DNA of 64,000 bases from an uncultured bacterium. Its GTDB lineage: Bacteria > Chlamydiota > Chlamydiia > Chlamydiales > FEN-1388. The notes under the pieces are model-generated. The model was not told the DNA's origin and made no database searches. It saw nothing but the letters and a program-made list of their open reading frames with translations. Where the stretch lies: positions 92,598 through 156,597 of the forward strand of contig CAZOAJ010000002.1 of NCBI GenBank assembly GCA_964577935.1, read 5' to 3'. The stretch's first letter is position 1. Each line of letters opens with the position of its first letter. The position numbers and the translations under genes were made by a program. Of this stretch, positions 1 through 9,298 are shown piece by piece.

Positions 1-729
1 TTGAAACTTTTCAGAATGAATGAGAGATGTAACCTCTTGAAGCTCTTTCAACAAGGAGTCTTTACCTACTTGAACTCCATCAATTCTTGTACGTGTTGTT
101 TGCAGCTGAACACAACATTTTTTCTCTCTATCACGGCAAGAAGCATCGATAGACAAATCTTCATTTAACTTATCGATATCAAGCGTATCGAATTTCCTCA
201 GCCCCTCAAATCGGTCTTTCCGAAATGCTTTTACTGTTGAAGTAATTTCAGAATCTACTCCGCCTAAATCTTCATTCAAGCTCTCTAATTTTGTAGACAA
301 TTGTTTGAATGCTGTTGTCAGGCATGATTTCAAGTAATCCTTAGGCTCACCTGTTTCCTTCCACTGATTCAAATTCTCCAGATCATTTTCAGATAATATT
401 TGCTTCCCGCCTAAACGCAGTTGAAGCGCGGAATTTACCTCTCTTTGACGGACAGTGTATTCGAGAGATTTTATGGTTCCTTTACTAAAAAGAAGGTGAA
501 ACCAATTGCGAATTGCTCCAAGTCTTTTCGACTTATGCGCCGACTTGAATTTGTTAAGTATATCTTTTAACTGAGTGACACTAAGCTCTGGATGTTCCTC
601 TTTGAGTACTGCCCGTGCAATCTCGCCAATCCTGATTTTGATTACGTCAGAGCTGCTCTTGATTTCTATCTTGTTGTTTTCGATAGAGTAATAGTTTTTT
701 GATTGTTGAGGAGGAACTTGTAAGCTCAT
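1..729 (-). CDS. hypothetical protein, N-terminal 243 codons; ORF runs off the left edge of the window
   Basis: Own translation of the minus strand. ATG at 729..727 (MSLQVPPQQSKNYYSIENNK...) stays open in frame to position 1. It is absent from the supplied track because there is no stop inside the window. Lys/Glu-rich, no recognisable domain. Confidence 0.5.
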   Translation of the reverse strand, partial: MSLQVPPQQSKNYYSIENNKIEIKSSSDVIKIRIGEIARAVLKEEHPELSVTQLKDILNKFKSAHKSKRLGAIRNWFHLLFSKGTIKSLEYTVRQREVNSALQLRLGGKQILSENDLENLNQWKETGEPKDYLKSCLTTAFKQLSTKLESLNEDLGGVDSEITSTVKAFRKDRFEGLRKFDTLDIDKLNEDLSIDASCRDREKKCCVQLQTTRTRIDGVQVGKDSLLKELQEVTSLIHSEKFQ

Positions 730-907
730 CTGGTATCCGATGTCGAAATGTAACCAGAAATTAACAAGCAAAATATTTATTTTATAGATATTTACATATA
801 TGGGCAGTTGGACTTCAGTCCTAGCAGATTAAGGAGAGCAAATAATCGCTAGTAGTTTCACTGACTGAAGCCCACAAATTACATGAACCAAATTATATGA
901 ATTCAAA

Positions 908-1828
908 TCACATGCGTTGAAGCACCCTGAACTTGGCGCTTCTTGAACGAGGGTTTGATCTCATTTCCTCATGAGACGGGACGAGTGGCTTTTTGTAAAG
1001 GAGGGAAAACTCATCGTTTTTGGTTAACTCTTTAAAGAGCTGCTTAACAATACGGTCTTCGCCGCTATGGAAAGTGATAATCGCAAAAAGACCGCCCGGA
1101 GCGAGAAGCTGAGAGAGATGCAAAATTCCATTTTTGAGGACATCTAACTCGTGATTTACCTCCATACGGATCGCCTGAAACGTTTTGGTAGCGGGGTGAA
1201 TCTTGCCCCGACGAGGAACCACCGACTCGACAATCTCGGCCAATTCATGGGTGGTCATAATCCGCTTTTTCTTTCGATACTCGAAGATCTTTAATGCAAT
1301 TTTTCGTGATGCTCGCTCCTCTCCATACTCATAAATGATACGAGCAAGCTCGTCTTTGGGGTAGGAATTTACTACCTCTTCAGCAGTCAGCCACTCTTCC
1401 TGGTTCATTCTCATATCAAGGGGAGCATCAAAGCGGAAAGAAAAACCGCGATCTGGAGAGTCAATCTGCATCGAAGAGACTCCTATATCAAGGAGAATAT
1501 AATCGAATGGACCGATAACGCCTTCACCTTTTTCATCAGAATACGTATTGAGAGCGCAAAAATTGGACCGCACAAAACGCACTTTATCTGTAAAGGCAGC
1601 AAGCCTTGATCCCGCGATTGCAAGCGCCGTTTCATCTTGATCTGACGCAACAAGTTCTCGAATCTCAGAATGAGCCTCAAGCAAAGCTATGCTATGCCCC
1701 CCCGCTCCACACGTTCCATCCAAAACCCGACTGATTTTTTTCCCTTCAATCGATGCTAAAACCTCAGTTAGCATCACTGAAATATGCAGATTTTCCACTT
1801 CACCAACTTCACTTTCTATCTTTGACAT
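908..1828 (-). CDS. rsmH: 16S rRNA (cytosine1402-N4)-methyltransferase RsmH (MraW)
   Basis: 306 aa. SAM-binding DGTCGAGGHS motif. Full-length resemblance to the RsmH/MraW family (LLDIGVSSMQID, ITFHSGEDRIVK). Confidence 0.95.
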   Translation of the reverse strand: MSKIESEVGEVENLHISVMLTEVLASIEGKKISRVLDGTCGAGGHSIALLEAHSEIRELVASDQDETALAIAGSRLAAFTDKVRFVRSNFCALNTYSDEKGEGVIGPFDYILLDIGVSSMQIDSPDRGFSFRFDAPLDMRMNQEEWLTAEEVVNSYPKDELARIIYEYGEERASRKIALKIFEYRKKKRIMTTHELAEIVESVVPRRGKIHPATKTFQAIRMEVNHELDVLKNGILHLSQLLAPGGLFAIITFHSGEDRIVKQLFKELTKNDEFSLLYKKPLVPSHEEMRSNPRSRSAKFRVLQRM

Positions 1829-1882
1829 GCGAATTAAATTCCCTGATAGAATAAATATAGATGGAAAGACGAGTTAGAAGCC

Positions 1883-2338
1883 ATGCCTGCTGTAACAATT
1901 GATAAGCTTGATGTAAGTATTTACATCCAATATGCCCGGCGAACACAGCTCATCGAGCAGGTTCAACAGCAGTATAGCTTAAGAGAAGCCGTCAATGTTC
2001 CTGCCCAAGCTCTTATTGTCGACCTGTATCCGAAACTCAAAGAGCTTGATATCCTCCTCGGTGTAGCTACCACAATTGCGCCATGGGCCTATTTTTACCC
2101 GCCAAAAAGTTACTCCAATCAAAGGAGATCTCCCTTTACCTTTCATCGTATTATTCCAATTCTCGGAGAAACTGGAGATGAAGAGGAGTGCGAAAAAAAA
2201 CTGGATGCTCTCGTCGTTGAATCCGAAGAAGAAGAGGATGAAAAGGGAGCAATCAAAAGATGCTTAGGCCAAATAAAAAAACTTAATTCCTTGATGAAGT
2301 ATATCGGTGGAAGGATAGGTCAATTTCTTCAAGGATAA
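1883..2338 (+). CDS. small acidic hypothetical protein (position equivalent to the chlamydial ORF between mraW and the TPR chaperone)
   Basis: 151-aa ORF with an acidic tract (ESEEEEDEKG). Divergent from rsmH and 30 nt upstream of the TPR chaperone-like gene. No domain recognised. Confidence 0.55.
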   Translation: MPAVTIDKLDVSIYIQYARRTQLIEQVQQQYSLREAVNVPAQALIVDLYPKLKELDILLGVATTIAPWAYFYPPKSYSNQRRSPFTFHRIIPILGETGDEEECEKKLDALVVESEEEEDEKGAIKRCLGQIKKLNSLMKYIGGRIGQFLQG

Positions 2339-2368
2339 TTTCTTCAAGGTAACTCATTATCAAAAGAG

Positions 2369-2788
2369 ATGAAAAAGACAATGGCAAAAGTTAATTGGAT
2401 GAAAGAGCTTGGCTGGTCACAAGACCATCTCGATGAGATACGAAATACTGCCTACTCGTATGTCCGTCAAGGACAGTACCAGATAGCTCTTCCCCTCTTT
2501 GAGGCGCTCGCTATCTTATCAACCGATAATGCCTATGATCTACAAACGCTCGGTGCTATCTACGTTCAAATTAACCAGCCTCTAAAGGCCATACAAGTTC
2601 TAGATAAAGCGTTACAACTTGACTCAGACCATTCCGCAACACTTTTGAACCTGACTAAAGCATTTTTCATGTCCGGAAAGGTCGAAGATGGATTACGGCT
2701 TGCAAAACTTCTTGAAAAAGACCGTAATCCCTACGTATCAGGCGCCGCCTCGGCTCTCGTTTTAAGCTATAGCAAACCCATCAAGTAA
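2369..2788 (+). CDS. TPR protein, SycD/LcrH-like class II type III secretion chaperone candidate
   Basis: 139 aa, about three TPR units (GQYQIALPLFEALAILSTDNAYDLQTLGAIYVQINQPLKAIQVLDKALQLD...). Size and repeat layout are typical of LcrH/SycD-family chaperones. Confidence 0.7.
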   Translation: MKKTMAKVNWMKELGWSQDHLDEIRNTAYSYVRQGQYQIALPLFEALAILSTDNAYDLQTLGAIYVQINQPLKAIQVLDKALQLDSDHSATLLNLTKAFFMSGKVEDGLRLAKLLEKDRNPYVSGAASALVLSYSKPIK

Positions 2789-2800
2789 TTCAGGCAAACA

Positions 2801-4009
2801 CTATAGCCTGAAGAGAAATGCCTGCATCTTTTCACACAGGACATCCACCATCTCCTCATCAAGCTCAACATGCAGAGGTAGACTTATTGCTGTCTCAAAG
2901 TAACGCTCCATATTGAGATGGTTTTGTATCTCAACATGAAGTTTCTTCCCAAAAATAGAATGACGGTACATGGGAACATAATGCAGCTGCGTTCCAAATC
3001 CCCATTCTTTCAGCTGATTCATAAATTGAGTGCGTGTAATTCCAAATCTTTCAAAGTCAATTTGCACAACAAAAAGATGGTAAGCAGAGTATTGATCCCA
3101 AGCATCTGAAAAAAGAGAAACTCCAGGAAGGCCCTGAAGTCGTAATCGGTAGCGTGCAACTAATTCGCGACGTTTTTTAATAAACGAATCGATGCGAGAT
3201 AATTGAGAAATCCCTAATGCCGCCTGAAATTCAGTCATGTTTGCCTGGCAAAAGCATTCATGAACTTCGTAATACCAAGCTTCAGGGTGGTTCAAATGGT
3301 CAAGAGCGTCACGTTCAATGCCGCTATTTCGAAGCATGAGAAGTCTCTTATACAACTCCTCATTCTTTGTGGTGACCATTCCTCCTTCACCTGAGGTTAT
3401 CGTTTTAACAGGATGAAAACTGAATACGGTCATATCTGAATAAGAGCAGCTTCCAACCATCTCACCTGAAGGATACTTACTGCCAAGAGCATGAGCTGCA
3501 TCTTCGATAGTAATCCAATTAGGATTTGTTATGGATTGCTCAAGCTTTCTCATATCGACCGGAATTCCTGCAAAGTGAACAGGAGCAATCACAAAACGCC
3601 CTTGCGTCTTATTCAAGCCAATTTTTTCCTTGAGCAGATCAAGATCCATATTTCCTGACTGCAGATCGATGTCCACAAATTCAACCTGAGCAGAAACACG
3701 AGATGCATACGAGGCTGTGGATACAAAAGTGTTAGGACTCGTGATTACCGTATCGCGTGAAGAAAGCTTTATTGCAGCATAGGCCGCCCATAAAGCCTGG
3801 GATCCATTTGAAAAAGCAACTGCAAATGGAGCATCGACATAAGATGCGATAGCATCCTCAAAGGCCTTGACCTGTTGACCCCTGGTGATTACAGATTGAG
3901 TTAACGCTTTTGCCACTTCTTCAATATCACCTTGGGATATCGACTGCTTCCCGTAGGGGGTTACCATCTTCATGATCCTTCTGTATCGGAGACTACGCTT
4001 TTTCAGCAT
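2801..4009 (-). CDS. DegT/DnrJ/EryC1/StrS-family PLP-dependent sugar aminotransferase
   Basis: Typical family N-terminus (PYGKQSISQGDIEEVAKAL) and an FHPVK segment containing the PLP-lysine context. The true start is probably the internal Met at 3973 (MKMVTPYGK). Confidence 0.88.
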   Translation of the reverse strand: MLKKRSLRYRRIMKMVTPYGKQSISQGDIEEVAKALTQSVITRGQQVKAFEDAIASYVDAPFAVAFSNGSQALWAAYAAIKLSSRDTVITSPNTFVSTASYASRVSAQVEFVDIDLQSGNMDLDLLKEKIGLNKTQGRFVIAPVHFAGIPVDMRKLEQSITNPNWITIEDAAHALGSKYPSGEMVGSCSYSDMTVFSFHPVKTITSGEGGMVTTKNEELYKRLLMLRNSGIERDALDHLNHPEAWYYEVHECFCQANMTEFQAALGISQLSRIDSFIKKRRELVARYRLRLQGLPGVSLFSDAWDQYSAYHLFVVQIDFERFGITRTQFMNQLKEWGFGTQLHYVPMYRHSIFGKKLHVEIQNHLNMERYFETAISLPLHVELDEEMVDVLCEKMQAFLFRL

Positions 4010-4226
4010 AAATACTTTGAAAGCACTATCAAAATGCAGTATACGAATTCATGTTGTTGATGCCCAGATGGAATTCAGTTCGAAATACATCCTATCGCAA
4101 TGCAAAAATGAAATGGGTATCGACTATGCTCCTCTCTTCAAATGAAGCATTGAGCAATTCTTAATTTACTTTAAGGAGTGGGTCGATCTATTTTCTACTT
4201 TCTAGGGTTTGAAATAAGCGACTATA

Positions 4227-5438
4227 ATGGAGTTTGAATCTATGAACACACGTCAAGAAAGCCTTCTTGACCCCATCGGATCATTAGAAGCATTAGACCA
4301 ACAACGTCGTGCCTTTTCTCAGCTCAAGACAGAACTCCTCTCTCGATACCTCCAGAGCGAAAGAAGTGAAAAGAAAAACTCAACTCTTCTTATACTCAAT
4401 GGTTGGGGAGATTATTCAGACCTCTTTCTGGAAACAATGAATGGAGCAAAACTCGGCAGTGCAGGATTCAACAGCGCAAAGCTTGCGACTCGCTCGATCG
4501 CGCCTCTTGTGAATAAAAAGCATGACATTTCACTTGAGGGGGGATACTTTTTTCATCTGAATGGAAATGGCATCGTATTGAATCCAGGACCCGGTTTTTT
4601 GGCTCGTTTTCACTCAGAAGGTCGGCATCTTTGGGATATACACCATGTCATCGTCACAAACTCATCTCCATTAACATCTCATGACATTTATGAAATTTAT
4701 TCACTTAATAAAGAATTGAATGCGCAGCTGAGAAGCTATGAACTTCCTCCTCATGTGATTCGTTTTTATCTTCATCCTGATGCCTTCAAAACATACGCGC
4801 CTCTCCTCAAACCATCACTCAGACAAGAACGCGGATCTGTCACAGCTCTTGAAATTTTTCAAGACTCCCAAGGGGTTGAGGAATTAGCACTCTCTGATTC
4901 GGTCACGCTCGCCTATTGCAACTCAAACCATGATATTCATCACAGTCTCTCCATCAAGCTCATCACTCTAGAAGGTGACAGGCAAATCCGCATCGGTTAT
5001 GCATCGCAATCAGAAGCAACTCCCGATATCTCATCATTTCTATCGGATTGTGATGTCGTTATAGTAGGTGTCGGCGATGTCCAGTTTGAAGAAATTGCAA
5101 AAATGCAAAAGAGACAAGAGTGTCCAGGATATGTTGGAACATGTGAGATAATTAAAGAGTTGCAGAAAGCAAAACTTGTGATTATTTCTGAACAAAGCAT
5201 GCTCGAAGGCGATATTCGTCTTGAACTTGTTCGTCAAATCCGAATCGATACCGCATCAAAAGCGAATGCGATCCCCTCAATTTTTCCGTCAGAGATTGGA
5301 ATCGAGGTAGAGCTCGAAGCATCCACACTCTCGACCCCATTTGGCCTTTCAAATACCCCATTAGACCAGGTGCGAGTTGTAAGGACTCGAGGCCAATTCA
5401 GCCGCCTTGCCTTCATCAATCAAAGCTCTATTCTCTAA
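4227..5438 (+). CDS. hypothetical protein, possibly a degenerate metallo-beta-lactamase-fold protein
   Basis: 403 aa. The segment GNGIVLNPGPGFLARF...IHHVIVTNSSPLTSHD resembles the first strands of the MBL fold, but the HxHxDH metal motif is not intact. Confidence 0.4.
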   Translation: MEFESMNTRQESLLDPIGSLEALDQQRRAFSQLKTELLSRYLQSERSEKKNSTLLILNGWGDYSDLFLETMNGAKLGSAGFNSAKLATRSIAPLVNKKHDISLEGGYFFHLNGNGIVLNPGPGFLARFHSEGRHLWDIHHVIVTNSSPLTSHDIYEIYSLNKELNAQLRSYELPPHVIRFYLHPDAFKTYAPLLKPSLRQERGSVTALEIFQDSQGVEELALSDSVTLAYCNSNHDIHHSLSIKLITLEGDRQIRIGYASQSEATPDISSFLSDCDVVIVGVGDVQFEEIAKMQKRQECPGYVGTCEIIKELQKAKLVIISEQSMLEGDIRLELVRQIRIDTASKANAIPSIFPSEIGIEVELEASTLSTPFGLSNTPLDQVRVVRTRGQFSRLAFINQSSIL

Positions 5439-5536
5439 CTTTAGAGATATCTATCCGGCAATACTCCTGAGAAGGATTTTATTGCCGGCGACACCCTTTT
5501 AGCATATGAGTACGCCTCCGGTGGATTATATTTTCA

Positions 5537-6481
5537 ATGCATACAACATATTCAACACCTTCTCAGCAAAGCTCTAAAATTCTAGAGAACAAAATTCAAG
5601 CCTATATTTGTTCTAACCATATTTCTTCTACTTGTTGTTTATCTCTTTCTTCATCCCTGACTCAACATGGAGTGCAGCTTGCAAGATTAGGCGGATACAA
5701 CAACTTTAACTACAGACTCTATATAGAAAAGAAAAGCTACTTCCTTAAAATTGCAAACACCCATGCTGACATTCTGGGATCCTCACTAGAAAACGATGTC
5801 TATTGCCGCTCTCAAGCATGCGCTTATGGACTTAGCCCAAAAATTATTGATTTTTCTCCCCTCGATGGAATCTTACTGACAGATTTCATTGAAACAAGGA
5901 CTGGAGGTCTCGATTTCAAAGAGCCGAACGCAATCGAGCGCTACGTAGAACTTTTGGATAAGGTACATTCTCTTCCAATTGAATTTCCTCGTAAGTTCTG
6001 TCCTATTGATGCAATACAAGAATATATACTTCATGCGCAAAACAGAGGTGTTAAGCTGCCTCAAGCTCTCTTTGAAAAGGCAGTTCCAATCATTCTCTCA
6101 TTTTCAAAAGAAGATCTTTTTCGCAAGAGCGTCCCCTGCCACTTAGATCCCCAAGTTGATAACGTCCTAGATACAGGAAACGAACTTTATCTGATTGACT
6201 GGGAATTTGCTGGGATGTGCGACCCCTACTTTGATCTTGCAAGCATGTGCGCTTCTGAGCAGTTTACAGATGGTGAAATGAAAGATCTCTTGACCCACTA
6301 CTTGAAAAAAGCGCCATCAAACGACGAGTACTCACGCTTATATCGAATGCGAATTTTGGCTGATCTCCGCTGGGCACTCTTCTGCTTTCTCTACACAACG
6401 CTATCCATTTCAAACACCTCAATGTATCAAGACTTTGCCGAAGGATTTTTTGAAAGAGCTCTGCAAAGACTTGAGATCTAA
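5537..6481 (+). CDS. choline/ethanolamine kinase-family (APH-fold) phosphotransferase
   Basis: Brenner motif HLDPQVDN and choline-kinase motif LIDWEFAGMCDPYFDLA are both present. Confidence 0.8.
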   Translation: MHTTYSTPSQQSSKILENKIQAYICSNHISSTCCLSLSSSLTQHGVQLARLGGYNNFNYRLYIEKKSYFLKIANTHADILGSSLENDVYCRSQACAYGLSPKIIDFSPLDGILLTDFIETRTGGLDFKEPNAIERYVELLDKVHSLPIEFPRKFCPIDAIQEYILHAQNRGVKLPQALFEKAVPIILSFSKEDLFRKSVPCHLDPQVDNVLDTGNELYLIDWEFAGMCDPYFDLASMCASEQFTDGEMKDLLTHYLKKAPSNDEYSRLYRMRILADLRWALFCFLYTTLSISNTSMYQDFAEGFFERALQRLEI

Positions 6482-6492
6482 CTTGAGATCTA
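6469..6492 (+). repeat. perfect 12-bp tandem duplication (ACTTGAGATCTA x2) spanning the stop codon of the kinase gene
   Basis: Read directly: 6469..6480 and 6481..6492 are identical. The TAA stop lies at 6479..6481. Confidence 0.95.
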
Positions 6493-6584
6493 ACGCAATC
6501 AAGTGGGTGATTTTCATCCAATCGGTTTGATTTGATCATTGAAATAAGAAAATTGTCGACCATCAAGGATGTGATCGACGAATA

Positions 6585-6593
6585 ATATCCACA
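6585..6593 (+). promoter_or_regulatory. DnaA-box-like 9-mer ATATCCACA (8/9 match to TTATCCACA) in the dnaA upstream region
   Basis: Single near-consensus box about 300 nt upstream of dnaA. A weaker reverse-orientation candidate, TGTGAGAAA, lies at about 6882..6890. TGTCGA(C/A) motifs recur at about 6554, 6699 and 6811. Confidence 0.3.
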
Positions 6594-6893
6594 ACATAAC
6601 CCGTTGATTTACAATGAGTTAAGAATAAAAAAAATACCGTTGACGACTTTTGTCCAACCTCTAGGTATATTATTCAGCCAATTCAGATTATGAACATTTG
6701 TCGACAACTCTTCGTTACATTGATAACGAATTGAAAATCAATGGGTTAAGTCATCTGATTGACTGTCTTTACTCAAATAAGTTGCGATAGGGAAATTAAG
6801 ATTGTTAGTCTGTCGAACGTTCAAAGAGCTAGTAGATTGGATTTTTGATCGCTCTTGAGCGCATCATTAGTTTTATAAAGTTGTGAGAAAATT

Positions 6894-8270
6894 GTGATGG
6901 GAACCATGCAGACCTGCGAAGCAGAAAAGGTTTGGAGTCAGTTTGTTGAATATGCAAAAGCACGCTGCTCCTTATCAGCCTTTCAGAACTGGATAAGTCC
7001 TATCGAGTTTATTGAAGGAAACCAAGAGCAGATCACATTAAAGGTCCCAAATGTCTTTGTAAAAGAATATCTTCTTACAAACTTTAAAAAAGACCTTCTC
7101 GCATTTTTACCCGTATCTCACAGCGGTGAGCCGGCAATCTCCTTCATCATCGAAAAACAAGAACGAAAGCCCAAGCCCATCTCCTTAATTCAGCAAACGG
7201 TAAAAGTTGAAGAAGAACCAAAAGTTGTAGAGGGTGAGATCTCTTTTGAGTTCCAGCTCAATGAAAACTATCGATTTACCAATTTTATTGAAGGTGCAGC
7301 CAATCAGTTTGTCAAGTCTGCCGCTATGGGTGTTGCAAACCGTCCAGGTCAATCGTACAATCCATTATATATTCATGGTGGCGTAGGCCTAGGAAAGACC
7401 CATCTACTGCATAGCATTGGGCATCACATCAAAGAGCATCATAAGAAGCTACGTGTCCAATGCATTACTACTGAAGCTTTCATCAATCAAATCGTCGACT
7501 CGCTCAGAAATAAATCTATCGATAAGCTGAAGAAATATTACCGATCAAATATCGATGTGCTTCTCGTTGATGACATCCAATTTCTCCAAAATAGAACAAA
7601 CTTCGAAGAAGAGTTTTGCAACACTTTCGAAACACTTATCAACCAAAAAAAGCAGATTGTCATCACAAGCGACAAACCTCCAACACAACTCAAACTTTCA
7701 GAACGCATTGTTGCACGTATGGAATGGGGTCTAGTAGCTCATGTTGGGATGCCAGATATTGAAACTCGTGTAGCTATATTGCTCTATAAAGCCGAGCAAA
7801 AAGGACTTCAACTATCCCATCACGTCGCATTTCATATTGCCGAACATATACAAAATAACATCCGACAACTTGAGGGAGCTCTCAACCGTCTTTCTGCTTA
7901 TTCCCGCCTCATGAATGCTCCAATCACAGAAGAGCTCGTCGAAAAAACACTTAGAGATATGTTTCACCTTGTTCCAAAAGAAAAGGTCACTGTCGACACA
8001 ATCCTAAAAGGAGTCGCTGCTGTTTTCCAAGTTCGAGTAAGCGACTTAAAAGGTGAAGGACGAACAAAAGATATAGCGATGCCTCGCCAAGTAGCCATGT
8101 TTCTTGCAAAAGAAATGATCAATGAGTCGCTTGTTATGATTGGCGCCTCTTTTGGGAAAACACACTCCACAATCCTCCACGCATGTAAGACAATACAAGA
8201 AAAGGTATCTGCTGATGAACAACTCAAACGACAAATTGAACTTGTCCGCAGAAATCTCTCCGCGTTCTAA
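6894..8270 (+). CDS. dnaA: chromosomal replication initiator protein DnaA
   Basis: 458 aa. AAA+ Walker [12 protein letters not shown], Walker B LLVDDIQF, and a C-terminal DnaA-box-binding helix-turn-helix ([19 protein letters not shown]). GTG at 6894 is followed by ATG at 6897. Confidence 0.97.
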   Translation: MMGTMQTCEAEKVWSQFVEYAKARCSLSAFQNWISPIEFIEGNQEQITLKVPNVFVKEYLLTNFKKDLLAFLPVSHSGEPAISFIIEKQERKPKPISLIQQTVKVEEEPKVVEGEISFEFQLNENYRFTNFIEGAANQFVKSAAMGVANRPGQSYNPLYIHGGVGLGKTHLLHSIGHHIKEHHKKLRVQCITTEAFINQIVDSLRNKSIDKLKKYYRSNIDVLLVDDIQFLQNRTNFEEEFCNTFETLINQKKQIVITSDKPPTQLKLSERIVARMEWGLVAHVGMPDIETRVAILLYKAEQKGLQLSHHVAFHIAEHIQNNIRQLEGALNRLSAYSRLMNAPITEELVEKTLRDMFHLVPKEKVTVDTILKGVAAVFQVRVSDLKGEGRTKDIAMPRQVAMFLAKEMINESLVMIGASFGKTHSTILHACKTIQEKVSADEQLKRQIELVRRNLSAF

Positions 8271-9174
8271 AACAGAGGCTGCCTTAAAGTTTGGCATGGC
8301 CCTTTCACTTGTAGCAGGAGTTGTTCTTCTAGGTGTTAAGGTATATGCGTATATCCTAACAGGTTCCCTCGCGATTTTTTCAGATGCTTCTGAATCAATT
8401 GTTCATCTCTTAGCGGTGGCGTTTTCTGCCTACTCCCTCTATTTGAGTTTAAAGCCGGCTGATGAAAATCATCCCTATGGGCACGATCGAATTGCTTTTT
8501 TTTCAGCGGGTTTTGAGGGTGCTGCGATTATCTTAGCTGCCTGCATGATCATCTATGAGTCTTTAAAGAAATGGTTTATAGGTCTCGAGCTTGAGCATAT
8601 AGATGATGGTATCTTATTTATCGCTGCAGCAGTACTCATAAATGGAGGTCTTGGACTCTACCTGATACGCCTCGGCAAACGATCACACTCACTTATAATT
8701 AAAGCCAATGGGATGCACCTTCTGACAGACTGCTGGACGAGTATTGCTGTGTTGATAGCTCTTTTCCTAGTCCATATTACTGGTATACTAATCTTTGATC
8801 CAATCGTTGCTCTTTTAGCTGCCGGCAATATCTTATGGACCGGATCAAAACTTATTAAAAGCAGCGTCTTTGGACTTATGGACACACAAGATCAGCTTCT
8901 TCATTCCTCACTGAGGACAACCCTTGATAAGATCACTCCAACGCTTAATGTCAGCTATCACGCTCTTAGACATAGAATGACAGGATCTCGTGTACTGATT
9001 GAATTTCATCTGCTATTTCCTGAAAAAACATCTCTATCCGACGCACACGAAAAGGCGACGGAAATTGAAAGCGCTATCAAAGAGACTCTTTCAATACCTT
9101 GTGAAATCCTTACGCACCTTGAACCTTCAGAATCTCATGATGTGATTCATCAACGGTACAGGACAGGATATTAG
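8215..9174 (+). CDS. cation diffusion facilitator (CDF) family divalent-metal efflux transporter
   Basis: TM1-TM2 signature ([21 protein letters not shown]), a HLLTDCW motif in TM5 and a C-terminal cytoplasmic domain. The track ORF opens at 8140 inside dnaA. The ATG at 8215 keeps the conserved N-terminal segment, but the start is uncertain (next ATG at 8296). Confidence 0.88.
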   Translation: MNNSNDKLNLSAEISPRSKTEAALKFGMALSLVAGVVLLGVKVYAYILTGSLAIFSDASESIVHLLAVAFSAYSLYLSLKPADENHPYGHDRIAFFSAGFEGAAIILAACMIIYESLKKWFIGLELEHIDDGILFIAAAVLINGGLGLYLIRLGKRSHSLIIKANGMHLLTDCWTSIAVLIALFLVHITGILIFDPIVALLAAGNILWTGSKLIKSSVFGLMDTQDQLLHSSLRTTLDKITPTLNVSYHALRHRMTGSRVLIEFHLLFPEKTSLSDAHEKATEIESAIKETLSIPCEILTHLEPSESHDVIHQRYRTGY

Positions 9175-9298
9175 ACGTGTAGAGATAGAAAAACGAGCGA
9201 AAAGTCCTGGAAATAATTGCCTGCATAAAATAATAAAGACCCGATATGCCTTACTCCAATGTACTCCTCACTTAAAAAATTTAACAAAAATAGCCTCT

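Noticed and set aside
8140-8214. Long upstream extensions of several track ORFs: CDF at 8140, nqrE to 11194, nqrC to 12830, PD40 protein to 23753
   Set aside because: Each extension overlaps the preceding well-supported gene and adds non-homologous residues. Internal ATGs restore typical family N-termini or signal peptides.
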